A stretch of DNA of 64,000 bases, from NCBI GenBank assembly GCA_964433675.1, contig CAYSSJ010000006.1, forward strand, positions 62,656 through 126,655. The letters run 5' to 3'. The notes beneath the pieces were generated by a model, which ran no database searches, was not told the DNA's origin, and saw nothing but the letters and a program-made list of their open reading frames with translations. Below are positions 37,001 through 46,152 of this stretch, one piece after another (the first letter of the stretch is position 1; every line of letters begins with the position of its first letter). The DNA comes from an uncultured Candidatus Cloacimonadota bacterium (GTDB lineage Bacteria; Cloacimonadota; Cloacimonadia; Cloacimonadales; TCS61). The position numbers were made by a program, and so were the translations under genes.

Positions 37001-37386
37001 AATTGAATATCGAATCAAAAATCGCCCCACTTACTTTGAGTGTTCTCCTCCAATATGGCAGCTTGGGAGATAGAATCATGGATAGACCTATTCATGTAAT
37101 TGCCAAAGAATTATTTGATGACTCCAATATCCGGCGAATAATCAGAGCCCATACTTACGAAGACAAACTCTGGTTTCATTATGAATCTTTGCAATTCTTC
37201 TTATCGTTACTCACTATTGTGAATTTGATCAATATCATGCAGAAACATAAACCATCCAAAGCAAAAAGAATGAGCGGTAAATATCGAATTTTTATCAAAC
37301 AACTTCTAACTGCCATAGAACGTTCCGATTATCAGATCCCAAAAATTATCGAGCAATTGGAGAAAGGTAAAAACAATGCAAAATGA
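34021..37386 (+). CDS. large GH13-like alpha-amylase-family protein of unknown specificity
   Basis: About 1120 aa. The central domain has 'GFTGLWLIGIWERS', 'DMVPNHTG' (region I), 'IIRFDAAMTL' (II), 'LLLAEAFW' (III) and 'FMSNPDEET' (IV, with Pro where His is usual). The ATG at 34021 follows the glgP stop directly. Confidence 0.6.
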   Translation: MFEKSKVMKGLILNRKFIKNYESISECKNASGRLDCADPQKLSKVIHKINRQKEAEHSQTYRPGELQAIIILNSINRYIFRKFAHTLYPEFSDTFIKRLETDARGALERLARRFKDNFVPFDGIEKPIGIIEEAILLNVLSDNKAAARYCELFDGTLLEESKDYQKLLTSFELSCDSYPLPNSKEKNLIAFLKKPAKLYPDSLLHQLKYISSNWTEMLEDFLDDILKRIDLLQEEEKTRFAGPAAAQSYTFSDEEEASENFSEDKNWMPRLVMLAKSTYVWLSQLRRKYQRSIYHLDDIPEEELALLAKHGFTGLWLIGIWERSATSAKIKRLMGDHDAIASAYSLKNYRVAEALGGEAAMNRLKEKAARYNIRIACDMVPNHTGLDSDWMIDHPDWFLQLDHSPFPSYTFSKHNLSEHEDIEVYLEDKYYDRSDAAVVFKYYDHRDNRTRYIYHGNDGTHMPWNDTAQLNYLKEEVREAVIHTIVEIAKSFPIIRFDAAMTLAKKHYQRLWFPQPGSGGDIPSRSQFSMSKEEFAKLMPAEFWRQVVDRIALEAPDTLLLAEAFWMMEGYFVRTLGMHRVYNSAFMNMLKEEDNAKYRKSIYNILNYNPEILKRFVNFMSNPDEETAIEQFGVDDKYFGVCILMCTMPGLPMFAHGQIEGLKERYGMEYKEPQWDESENRPLIVRHKTEIFPLLKKRYLFAEVNDFVLYDFITASGAVNENVFVYSNNYENEAALVVYNNKYEQASGKLHIAYRYRKDDNGNLIKTSIDIAKALKLDNNPNCYAIFRDNISGLEYLKNCKDLHQSGIFLDLKAFKYFVFADIRQVYDENGQYSELAHHLSGGGIPSISKAIKRKNFKPLLRRFTALISKETTKKLLELKSAKTGMMKHFEAEMCIRIIDFLDEMEKKISFEVSKEDIYEKISHNMITWLQNDHIDLLGKRLSGKLADCKTLRILTLYWIYLHPIAEYSSSASDNILSDLLLDELIEQNIVEMKLNIESKIAPLTLSVLLQYGSLGDRIMDRPIHVIAKELFDDSNIRRIIRAHTYEDKLWFHYESLQFFLSLLTIVNLINIMQKHKPSKAKRMSGKYRIFIKQLLTAIERSDYQIPKIIEQLEKGKNNAK

Positions 37387-38935
37387 GAATCAGAATACGA
37401 TCATCGATGAACTCTCGAAGGAGTATCATTCTTTGGTGCGAACTAAAACGAAACCGAGGATAATGATCTGTACACCGGAGATTACCGAGCTACCGGAAGG
37501 TATGGGCAATGCAGCCAACTTAGTCTCTGCCAAAGGTGGAGGTTTGGGAGATATTTCAGCCAGTTTGATCCGTTATCTGGCAGATAATAAAGATTTCGAG
37601 CTGCATGTAGTACTGCCCAAATATGACAATCGTATCAAACATATGGCTAGGATCACGAACAGGCAAATCGACCGCTTGGCTATCATTCTATCCGGTAAAG
37701 GTATTCATCTGATCAACGATAGTTCATTTTCTTACATTTTCGATCCCTATGAAGAGAATAAGTATCATACTCGCATCAGAAGAGCTATGGCACTAAACCG
37801 CGAAGTGATAAACTACCTTCTCGATAGTGTCGAACCGGATATTGTACACTGTAATGACTGGATGACAGCCCTCATCCCTGCTGCTGCAAAAGCAAAGGGA
37901 ATCAAGTCTCTGTTTACCTTGCACAATATCTTTACTGAGAAGCAGACTTTGATGGATATCGAGCTCAGCGGGATGAAACCATTCGATTTTGCTCAGTGGC
38001 TTTATTTCGAAGATTTTCCCGGCGACCTCAAAAAAGAATGGGAAAGAATCTTCACTACTAACAAAGTTGACTTGACTGCCTCAGGTATCTATGCTGCCGA
38101 TATTTTCAATACAGTTAGCGAGACATTTCTCGAGGAACTGGTTAATAACTACTTTGATGATATAGTACCCCCGGCAATCTATCGAGTCATTCGTGAGAAA
38201 TGGGAACAAGGCAGAGCATATGGCATACTGAATGCTCCCAATGATATGATCCACCCAGAGATCAGTCATAATATAATAAACTACAATGTCGGTAATGTAA
38301 TGGAAAAGAAATTGGAGAATAAGATCCGTTTTCAGAAGATGATGGGACTCCCTGCCGAGCCGGAGGTGCCGTTATTCTTCTGGCCAAACAGATTGTACTA
38401 TCAGAAAGCTCCTGAGATACTTATTGATAACATAAACTTTTTTCTATCCAAATATGAGATGCAAATTGCTGTTGTTGCCAATGGAGATAGCAAATTGGAG
38501 AAGAAATTGGCAGAATTGACAGAAAAACACACACGCCTATCCTACAAAAAATTCAACGAAGAGCTTAGCGGTATTGGTAAAGCAGCTGCAGATTTCATTT
38601 TGATGCCCTCTCGTTATGAACCTTGTGGATTGCCTCAGATGGAAGCTATCCGATTTGGTACACTCCCGATCGTAAGAGCTACCGGTGGTTTGAAAGACAC
38701 TATTCAGCATCTCGATTGGCATTCTGATAGTGGTAATGGATTTGTATTTGAAATCGCGGACAAAGCTGGATTGGAATATGGGATAAAGGAAGCGATCTCC
38801 TTTTACAAATTACCTCACGAGATCAAGAAAAAGCAAATTCAGCGCATTATGGTAGAATCTTTGGAAAAATACAATCTAAAGAAGACAGCGGAGAAATATC
38901 TTAATTTGTACGAGAAACTATTGCAAGAGGGATAA
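37376..38935 (+). CDS. glgA: glycogen/starch synthase-like glycosyltransferase (GT5)
   Basis: 519 aa. N-terminal 'AKGGGLGDISASL' is the KxGGL motif; C-terminal is 'YEPCGLPQMEAIRFGTLPIVRATGGLKDTI'. Confidence 0.75.
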   Translation: MQNENQNTIIDELSKEYHSLVRTKTKPRIMICTPEITELPEGMGNAANLVSAKGGGLGDISASLIRYLADNKDFELHVVLPKYDNRIKHMARITNRQIDRLAIILSGKGIHLINDSSFSYIFDPYEENKYHTRIRRAMALNREVINYLLDSVEPDIVHCNDWMTALIPAAAKAKGIKSLFTLHNIFTEKQTLMDIELSGMKPFDFAQWLYFEDFPGDLKKEWERIFTTNKVDLTASGIYAADIFNTVSETFLEELVNNYFDDIVPPAIYRVIREKWEQGRAYGILNAPNDMIHPEISHNIINYNVGNVMEKKLENKIRFQKMMGLPAEPEVPLFFWPNRLYYQKAPEILIDNINFFLSKYEMQIAVVANGDSKLEKKLAELTEKHTRLSYKKFNEELSGIGKAAADFILMPSRYEPCGLPQMEAIRFGTLPIVRATGGLKDTIQHLDWHSDSGNGFVFEIADKAGLEYGIKEAISFYKLPHEIKKKQIQRIMVESLEKYNLKKTAEKYLNLYEKLLQEG

Positions 38936-38943
38936 AACTCTCT

Positions 38944-39375
38944 CTACCGCACTGTTTCATAACCCATCTTACACCATTCTGCCAAACCATTATGCATGTG
39001 ATATATCCTTTTGAATCCTAATTCTCGGAAGATAGGCAAACTTCTCCGAGACCGTTTCCCGGTTCGAGAATAGATCAACAGAGTATTTTCCCGATCCATT
39101 TCTTTCAATCCATTGGGAAAATTTTTGAAATAATCGACTAAGATCGCTCCTTCGATACGACCGTTCATATACTCACCATAAGTGCGGATATCCACTATCA
39201 CTATCTTGGTAGAATCTTGTTCTATCAACTCTTTCGCATCTTCTGCCGATATATCGAGGATCATTGTCTCAGATTGCGATTGTATCATGGCTTCTGTTTC
39301 ACTATGCGATGAAACTATTGTAAGGAAAACTATGGTTAATACCGCTGATATACGCCTAAAAGTAAACATGTTCAC
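38944..39375 (-). CDS. rhodanese-like domain protein with Ser in place of the active-site Cys
   Basis: 143 aa with a signal/anchor. 'VIVDIRTYGEYMNGRIEGA' is present, and the loop 'LLIYSRTGKRS' sits where rhodaneses have 'C-R-x-G-x-R-S'. Confidence 0.65.
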   Translation of the reverse strand: MNMFTFRRISAVLTIVFLTIVSSHSETEAMIQSQSETMILDISAEDAKELIEQDSTKIVIVDIRTYGEYMNGRIEGAILVDYFKNFPNGLKEMDRENTLLIYSRTGKRSRRSLPIFRELGFKRIYHMHNGLAEWCKMGYETVR

Positions 39376-39408
39376 TCCATCCCCTTTTTTATATTACTAT
39401 ATGTTAAT

Positions 39409-40506
39409 CTAATTAGCCCAATTATGCAAAAATTTTACCAATCCCTTTTTTGAGGGGGTACTCCCATAGCGGACATAATATCCTGACATCCCGGTAGCTA
39501 CGATCAGACATTGCTGTTCAGATAGTCCGTTTTGCCAAGCATAGCATAATCCCGCATTGAATTTATCACCCGCACCGGTAGTTGATTTCGGAGTTTCAGT
39601 ATAAGGTCCGCCTTGCCACCAAATTCCATTTTTTGTAGCTAATGCAGCCCCATTGATCGGATGAATGACAATGCCTCCCAGATTCAATCTGCTTCTTATT
39701 CTGCCGGCTCTCTCCGGGATATTAGCTTCCGATATATTTAAGACATCAGAGATTGCTATCGATTCTTGATTATTCATCCCCAAGACAACCGAAGTATGAA
39801 ATTGCAAGTCGGAGAGAAATTCTAGAATGCCGGCAATATCCGCTGCTGATCTCTTATTTGGATCTGCTAGGTCAAAGAAAAAAACCGGTCTCTCTTTTTT
39901 ATCCATCTTCTCGATCATTTTTTTTAGTACTGACAAAATAGAAGGCAGGTTAGCGAGCATAGTCCAATTCGTAACAGCCACCAGATCCGCTTGTTTCAAT
40001 ATATTTTTGAGTTCCGCTTCTGAAAGCTGCTTTGCTAGGTTATTCCAACTTACCTCTTTGAGCTGTTCCATTTTGCCCATCATCAATTTACCATCGTAAA
40101 ACTCCAAAGCGATGGTATTTCCCGGATCGCTGATTGAGATGAATTGATCGGTTTTTTGGGTAAACTCCGAAAAGATAGGATGGACCTTCGTTTTCCCCAG
40201 AGCTCCGATATAGAAAACTGTTGAGCCCAGATTTAGCATACCGGCTGCCAGCAGCGGACCATTACCACCCATTCTCATCTGTTTGGTGATCAACTCGATA
40301 TTGGTGCTCTGTTTAGAGGCTCGCCCAATCCGCTCGGCATAGTCCGAAATGGTCTTGATCCGAGTATATGAATCTATGTCCTGCCGTTTATCGACGACAT
40401 GACAGATCTCATCCACAAAGCCGTCGAACCCACAGAGAATAGATGTCTCTTTCTCAGTCTGTTCGATCATTTCCGCCGTTTTTATGATCTCTGTTCTATT
40501 ATTCAT
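39409..40506 (-). CDS. PfkB/ribokinase-superfamily sugar kinase
   Basis: 365 aa with C-terminal 'TTGAGDKFNAG'. N-terminal 'GFDGFVDE' and 'GGNGPLLA' recall the ADP-dependent/ribokinase-like fold. Confidence 0.65.
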   Translation of the reverse strand: MNNRTEIIKTAEMIEQTEKETSILCGFDGFVDEICHVVDKRQDIDSYTRIKTISDYAERIGRASKQSTNIELITKQMRMGGNGPLLAAGMLNLGSTVFYIGALGKTKVHPIFSEFTQKTDQFISISDPGNTIALEFYDGKLMMGKMEQLKEVSWNNLAKQLSEAELKNILKQADLVAVTNWTMLANLPSILSVLKKMIEKMDKKERPVFFFDLADPNKRSAADIAGILEFLSDLQFHTSVVLGMNNQESIAISDVLNISEANIPERAGRIRSRLNLGGIVIHPINGAALATKNGIWWQGGPYTETPKSTTGAGDKFNAGLCYAWQNGLSEQQCLIVATGMSGYYVRYGSTPSKKGLVKFLHNWAN

Positions 40507-40650
40507 ACCTTTACCTTATATTGGGGTGAAAAGTTACATTGATGTTTTTTTTGTCAAAACAAATCTTGAGCGAGAAATAGTTAAGATAGACATTGACAAT
40601 AAGTGAACATCCCAACATATGAGAACGAAAGAGAAATGAGGTAGAAAAAC

Positions 40651-42120
40651 ATGAATTTTTCACGATCTGGTGGTATATTGTTGCATGTCTCATCACTGCC
40701 GGGAAATCAAGGGATTGGTTCACTCAGCAAAGATGCTTATAGATGGATTGATTTTTTGGCGGATTCGGGAACAAAACTCTGGCAGATATGCCCGTTGGGT
40801 CCGATCGGGTATGGCAATTCTCCCTATCAGACCTACTCCGCTTTTGCCGGCAATCCCTATTTTATAGATATCGAAGCACTATATGAGCTTGGGTTATTAT
40901 CCCAAAAGCAAAGCTTTGATACTGATTTTGCCGCCCATAAAGTGGATTATGATAAAGTAATAACTATGAAAAACAAGTTATTGAGATCAGCTTTTCAGAA
41001 TTTCACCAAAGACGAAGATTATCTTTCTTTTGAAGAGAATGAATCATACTGGCTTACCGATTATGCTCTATTTATGTCACTGAAAGAACATTTCGACGGT
41101 AAAAGCTGGAGCGAATGGCCCGATGATATCAGACTGAGAGAATCTGCAGCTATCGAAAAATACAAAAAGTTACTTTCTCAAATAATAGACTACCATAAAT
41201 TTTTACAGTATCTTTTTTTGAAGCAATGGCAAGATTTGCATAGTTATGCTGGTGAGAAGGGGATTCAAATCATCGGCGATATACCTATCTTTGTTTCTTA
41301 TGATAGCGTGGAAGCATGGTCAAAGCCGGAGATGTTTCTGTTCGATACCGATCGCAAACCGATCGTAATTGCCGGTGTACCTCCGGATTACTTCAGTGAT
41401 ACCGGTCAACTCTGGGGTAATCCATTATATGATTGGGAATATATGCGATCGGAAAATTTTGCTTGGTGGATCAAAAGATTCGAGCACATGATGAAACTGA
41501 CAGATATAACCCGCATAGACCATTTTAGAGGATTTGCTGCCTATTGGGCTATCCCCTATGGTGACGAAACAGCTGAGAACGGCAAATGGCAGCCGGTTCC
41601 CGGCGAGGAGTTTTTTGAATCCTTAGAAGAAAAACTGGGGAAATTGCCGATCATTGCCGAAGATCTGGGGTATATTACCGAAGATGTTCATCAGCTTAGG
41701 AATAAATTCGACCTGCCCGGCATGAAAGTGCTTCAATTTGCCTTTACCGATATGGATAATGCTTATCTTCCACATCACTATCCGGAGAACTGCGTCGTTT
41801 ACACCGGCACACATGACAATGACACACTATGTAGTTGGTACAAATCCCTGTCAGAAAAAGAGAAAAGCTTTGTGCACGAATACATAGATTACAACGAGGA
41901 TGAAGATATCTGTTGGCAGCTAATTCGGTTAGCTTGGCAGTCCCGCGCAGATATAGCTATTGCTCCGATTCAAGATTTTCTCTGCCTCGATAATTGGGGC
42001 AGAATGAACAAACCGGGGACAGTGGAAGATAATTGGCAATGGCGATTGGAGGAGAAATATCTGAGCGATGAACTAAGTAAAAGGATAGAAGATTTGAATA
42101 AAAGCTCGGGAAGGATATAA
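40651..42120 (+). CDS. malQ: 4-alpha-glucanotransferase (amylomaltase, GH77)
   Basis: 489 aa. 'RSGGILLHVSSLPG', 'GDIPIFVSYDS', 'TRIDHFRGF' and 'YTGTHDNDT'. Confidence 0.9.
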   Translation: MNFSRSGGILLHVSSLPGNQGIGSLSKDAYRWIDFLADSGTKLWQICPLGPIGYGNSPYQTYSAFAGNPYFIDIEALYELGLLSQKQSFDTDFAAHKVDYDKVITMKNKLLRSAFQNFTKDEDYLSFEENESYWLTDYALFMSLKEHFDGKSWSEWPDDIRLRESAAIEKYKKLLSQIIDYHKFLQYLFLKQWQDLHSYAGEKGIQIIGDIPIFVSYDSVEAWSKPEMFLFDTDRKPIVIAGVPPDYFSDTGQLWGNPLYDWEYMRSENFAWWIKRFEHMMKLTDITRIDHFRGFAAYWAIPYGDETAENGKWQPVPGEEFFESLEEKLGKLPIIAEDLGYITEDVHQLRNKFDLPGMKVLQFAFTDMDNAYLPHHYPENCVVYTGTHDNDTLCSWYKSLSEKEKSFVHEYIDYNEDEDICWQLIRLAWQSRADIAIAPIQDFLCLDNWGRMNKPGTVEDNWQWRLEEKYLSDELSKRIEDLNKSSGRI

Positions 42121-42121
42121 T

Positions 42122-43219
42122 TTATTTATTCACCCCATAGGTAGCACATTCACCACTTTCTTTATCGAAGAAGTGAAGTTGTGCTGCATCAAAACTAAGA
42201 TGGATAGTATCGCCATATTCCAATGTCATCCGAGATTCTATCCGACATAGTATCCTAACTTCATGAACCATACAATTGATAATAATCTCATTCCCCATAG
42301 GTTCGACTACTTCGACAATTGCTTTGATATCACCTTGTTGCTTATTTGGTTTCACATTCTCCGGTCGGATACCCAAGACTATTTTTTTATCAATATATTT
42401 GGACAAAACTTCTTTATAAAAATCGGGGATTTTTTCTTTGATCCCTTTTACCACAAAATACATATCATCTTTTTTTTCTATTTTCCCTTCGATGAAGTTC
42501 ATTGCCGGACTTCCTATAAATCCGGCTACAAAGAGATTTTTGGGGTTATCGTAAAGATTCAAAGGAGTATCCACTTGCTGGATAATACCATCATCCATCA
42601 CAGATATTCTGTCCCCCATTGTCATAGCCTCTACTTGATCATGAGTAACATATACCATAGTAGTTTTTAGCTGTTTCTGAAGTTTGCTAATCTCTGCTCG
42701 CATCTGTACCCGCAGTTTAGCATCCAGATTGGAGAGTGGTTCGTCGAAAAGAAATACTTTTGGTTTGCGTACGATTGCTCGCCCAAGTGCTACTCTTTGT
42801 CTCTGCCCACCTGAGAGAGCTTTCGGTTTTCGATCCAAAAGGGCAGACAATCCTAAGATACCGGCAGCTTCATCTACCAGTTTCTTGATCTCATCTTTTG
42901 GAATTTTTCTCAATTTCAGACCATAAGCCAGATTGTCATATACCGTCATGTGGGGATACAAAGCATAGTTTTGGAACACCATAGCGATATCACGATCTTT
43001 GGGTTGAACATTATTGATCAATCGCTCACCGATAAATATCTCACCACTTGTGACCTCTTCCAAACCTGCTATCATCCTCAGAGTAGTCGATTTGCCACAA
43101 CCAGATGGTCCTACCAATACCATGAATTCCTGATCATCTATCTTCAAATCCAGATCTTTGACCACATGAACATCTTTGTCGAATACTTTATTCACTTTCT
43201 TGAATATTACCTCTGCCAT
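42122..43219 (-). CDS. sugar ABC transporter ATP-binding protein (MalK/MsmX type)
   Basis: 365 aa. Walker A 'GPSGCGKST', signature 'LSGGQRQR', Walker B 'VFLFDEPLS', and a C-terminal regulatory TOBE-like domain. Confidence 0.9.
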   Translation of the reverse strand: MAEVIFKKVNKVFDKDVHVVKDLDLKIDDQEFMVLVGPSGCGKSTTLRMIAGLEEVTSGEIFIGERLINNVQPKDRDIAMVFQNYALYPHMTVYDNLAYGLKLRKIPKDEIKKLVDEAAGILGLSALLDRKPKALSGGQRQRVALGRAIVRKPKVFLFDEPLSNLDAKLRVQMRAEISKLQKQLKTTMVYVTHDQVEAMTMGDRISVMDDGIIQQVDTPLNLYDNPKNLFVAGFIGSPAMNFIEGKIEKKDDMYFVVKGIKEKIPDFYKEVLSKYIDKKIVLGIRPENVKPNKQQGDIKAIVEVVEPMGNEIIINCMVHEVRILCRIESRMTLEYGDTIHLSFDAAQLHFFDKESGECATYGVNK

Positions 43220-43243
43220 TTTTGCTCTCTCCTAACTGATATT

Positions 43244-44329
43244 TTACTCATGCAATATAGATACAATTGCCCCTTGATTGATCATACGCCATTGTTCATC
43301 TTCTGTATATGATGCAATCGTAAGTTGGGAAAAGATTTCTTCTGCTACGACTACAATATGACCGTCTATTATAAACCTGGTCTCTTTTTGTACACCATGC
43401 TCAGATCCGAGATTAATCACAACTCTGGTATCGGAAAACTGTATAACTTCACCCGTAGTTGCTTGTTCTCTTTTTTGTTGGTTTGAAAAAGGATAGAAAG
43501 CACTAATCTGTGCCAGCTTCTGTTCTTCGGTATCAAAGGAGGACAGCATCTGTTTTTGCTCAAAAGGATGTTCGGTTATCATATCTATCACATTCGGATC
43601 ATATCTTCGCAATAGTCCACCGCTGCCACCTCCGAAGCTATATTGGCTCGCAGTAGAGCGTACCTCTCTGATATAGCTGGTTTTAGCAATCGTATCAGAG
43701 AAATCATGACTGAACATCAAAACTGCAAAACCCCAGCTCTCTGAAATCTCTCCCAATCTGCTTTTCTCAATATCAACCGAGATTTCATCTCCGGCTCGAG
43801 AAATAGAAATATCTTCCGGGATAATTACCCGTCTGGCAATTTCCGGCTGTTGTCTCTGGACTACCGCTCTGTATCTATTTGGCATCGAACTGATCACGAT
43901 AGCTTTCTCCCAAGCATTTTCCGGTCTCATCTCGAGATTAGTTCCCCGGATAGTATTGATAAAACCGGATGATTCGATATTATCCACATCTATATAAATA
44001 TGGACTAGAGGTAAAATAAAATGCTCTGGCAGATCATATCTATATCTGAATTCAGCATGTCGAACCGGTTCAATTTTTCCTGCAATACCTACTGCAAATG
44101 TATAATGATCATCCTCTTCGTAGACTCGAAAGTAAGTAAGATCAAACAAGCCTTTGGTAAACATGGGATGCTCGGGATATTCTACATTGCCAGCGCCATG
44201 ATCGTCTCCGACAATGTCTGTGATTTCAAACAGTAGTTCTGCTATCAATAAGGTTGGAATCATCAACAGGATAATTAGAGCTATCTTCATAATTTTAATA
44301 GATGGCAGCCCCTTTCGGGACTGCCACAT
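43244..44329 (-). CDS. exported protein with glucodextranase-C-like domain (paralog of 46153-47016)
   Basis: 'GDDHGAGNVEYPEHPMF..GLFDL', 'IYIDVDN', 'PENAWEKAIV', 'FGGGSGG' and 'DPNVIDMI' are collinear with the 287-aa lipoprotein. It also has an extra C-terminal beta-rich domain. The real start may be the Met at 44290. Confidence 0.55.
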   Translation of the reverse strand: MWQSRKGLPSIKIMKIALIILLMIPTLLIAELLFEITDIVGDDHGAGNVEYPEHPMFTKGLFDLTYFRVYEEDDHYTFAVGIAGKIEPVRHAEFRYRYDLPEHFILPLVHIYIDVDNIESSGFINTIRGTNLEMRPENAWEKAIVISSMPNRYRAVVQRQQPEIARRVIIPEDISISRAGDEISVDIEKSRLGEISESWGFAVLMFSHDFSDTIAKTSYIREVRSTASQYSFGGGSGGLLRRYDPNVIDMITEHPFEQKQMLSSFDTEEQKLAQISAFYPFSNQQKREQATTGEVIQFSDTRVVINLGSEHGVQKETRFIIDGHIVVVAEEIFSQLTIASYTEDEQWRMINQGAIVSILHE

Positions 44330-44343
44330 AGTAATCCCTTTCT

Positions 44344-46134
44344 TTAGAATTTCACTTCGAAAGCAGCATGCAATGTATTGCTGCTCAGATCATCATCACC
44401 GTCTATATCGGTGCTATAGAATTTATGCTCACCACGAAGCCAGAAATCGAATCCGCCGAAATTGTAAACCCATTTATGGCTGATGATAATTCGATCACGA
44501 GTAGTTTCCTCTCCACCAACAGAATCAACTATCTGCTGGTAGGCTGGTTTCACTTCCAGATGCATAGCATTGGTAAGCTGTCTACCAAGTGGTAGTTCTA
44601 CCACCATAGCAGTAGTTTCCAGATCATCATTATCATCATCAGCATCTTTACCATCTATCCAGTTACCATAACGGAAATTCAAGCCCCAATCCATAACAGC
44701 GATTTTACCTTTGAGACCGAGACCTGCCACCATACCGGCAAAATCTCTTGCCGGGAGATACATGTTGCCATCACCTTCGTAAAGTTCGTCTTCTTTATCT
44801 GTATCACCACCAGTATCATTTGTAGCACCGATATAGTTGAACTGACCGGAAATTGTCATAGCTTGTAAATGATGACTGAAGTCCAGAGTTCCACCCCAGT
44901 ATCCTACCGGAGATTCATACAATCCTTCTCCGAGACGGAGATTTTCGTTATCTCTGAATTCATGACGAACAGCATTCTGTCCACCACCCCAAAGGAAAGT
45001 GTTCAAACCGAGTCTTTCGCCATAAGTATCTCTGATACCATCTACACCACCATTTATCATCAGCATATCATCTTCTCTGCGACTTCCCCAAAAAGAGACA
45101 TAGTTATGATGGATATAAAAGAATTGGAGATTGGGAGTGAGTCCCATATCAAAAGGATCGGTAGTTTTGAGAGTAAAGATAAAACTGGGAGATGTTACAC
45201 TGGCATATTTGGGAACCGGTTCCCAGCCGCCGAAATTATCGATAATATTGTCTTCATTCACATCTAGAGAATCATCTACTGTCTGACCGGTAAGCATTGC
45301 AACAAGATCGATACCCACAGCATCGCTCAGATCATAATTCGTGTTCATTCCGAATCCATAAGCTTGATACATGGGTTTAGTACTCATCATCCCGTCTGGG
45401 TCTTCATCACCGCTGACGAAGTTTGGATTATCCGGATCAGTAGGATCGAATTCCTTGTCGATAAACCAGACAGCATCGAATCCGAGCCCGAAATTATGTC
45501 CGAATTGTGTATTCACATTCAATGCCCAAGTACCATCTTCTGTCTTGAAATCACCTGTATTCCAATCCCAACCTTGCCATGCCGGTTGCCACATGCGGAT
45601 CAAGTTCCATTTCCAAGTTTCTCCCATATTACCCTGTACATAGATACCTTTGGCATTATCTCGATCTATATAGCGTCTGTCTGCCATGAACCATTTGCTA
45701 AAGCGAAGCCCCATCGGAGTACCGAGCTGGATAACATCAACATACTGCATCGGTGGCATGAAATCTATTCTGAAACCACGTAGCTTAAACCAGCCGGTTT
45801 TGGCATCCCAATATGTCTGCCAAGCTGCCGCACTTACTTCCCCCTCGGCATAATCATCATCCGCATCGAAGATAGTTTTCATACGCAAATATGTCTTTAC
45901 ATATCTGCTCACAGTCGCATTAATTTCAAATTCCACTTCGCTTCTCATGAAGTTACCTTTATGTGGATCCATTCTGCCACCATTCCAAGGTGCTTCCGTG
46001 TGAGCACCCATATCACTGATACCATCAGTCCAGCGGAATTGATTGTAGATTTTTCCGGCTACATCTACCTTAACTTGAGCAAAGGCGATCGTAACCAAGC
46101 TCAAAATCAACCCAACAATAATAACTCTTTTCAT
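44344..46134 (-). CDS. outer-membrane beta-barrel protein (putative glycan porin)
   Basis: 596 aa. Signal peptide 'TIAFA/QV', abundant alternating aromatic/polar strands, Asp-rich loops, and a C-terminal '...HAAFEVKF' ending in Phe. Confidence 0.6.
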   Translation of the reverse strand: MKRVIIVGLILSLVTIAFAQVKVDVAGKIYNQFRWTDGISDMGAHTEAPWNGGRMDPHKGNFMRSEVEFEINATVSRYVKTYLRMKTIFDADDDYAEGEVSAAAWQTYWDAKTGWFKLRGFRIDFMPPMQYVDVIQLGTPMGLRFSKWFMADRRYIDRDNAKGIYVQGNMGETWKWNLIRMWQPAWQGWDWNTGDFKTEDGTWALNVNTQFGHNFGLGFDAVWFIDKEFDPTDPDNPNFVSGDEDPDGMMSTKPMYQAYGFGMNTNYDLSDAVGIDLVAMLTGQTVDDSLDVNEDNIIDNFGGWEPVPKYASVTSPSFIFTLKTTDPFDMGLTPNLQFFYIHHNYVSFWGSRREDDMLMINGGVDGIRDTYGERLGLNTFLWGGGQNAVRHEFRDNENLRLGEGLYESPVGYWGGTLDFSHHLQAMTISGQFNYIGATNDTGGDTDKEDELYEGDGNMYLPARDFAGMVAGLGLKGKIAVMDWGLNFRYGNWIDGKDADDDNDDLETTAMVVELPLGRQLTNAMHLEVKPAYQQIVDSVGGEETTRDRIIISHKWVYNFGGFDFWLRGEHKFYSTDIDGDDDLSSNTLHAAFEVKF

Positions 46135-46152
46135 AAAACCCTCCTATTTTTT

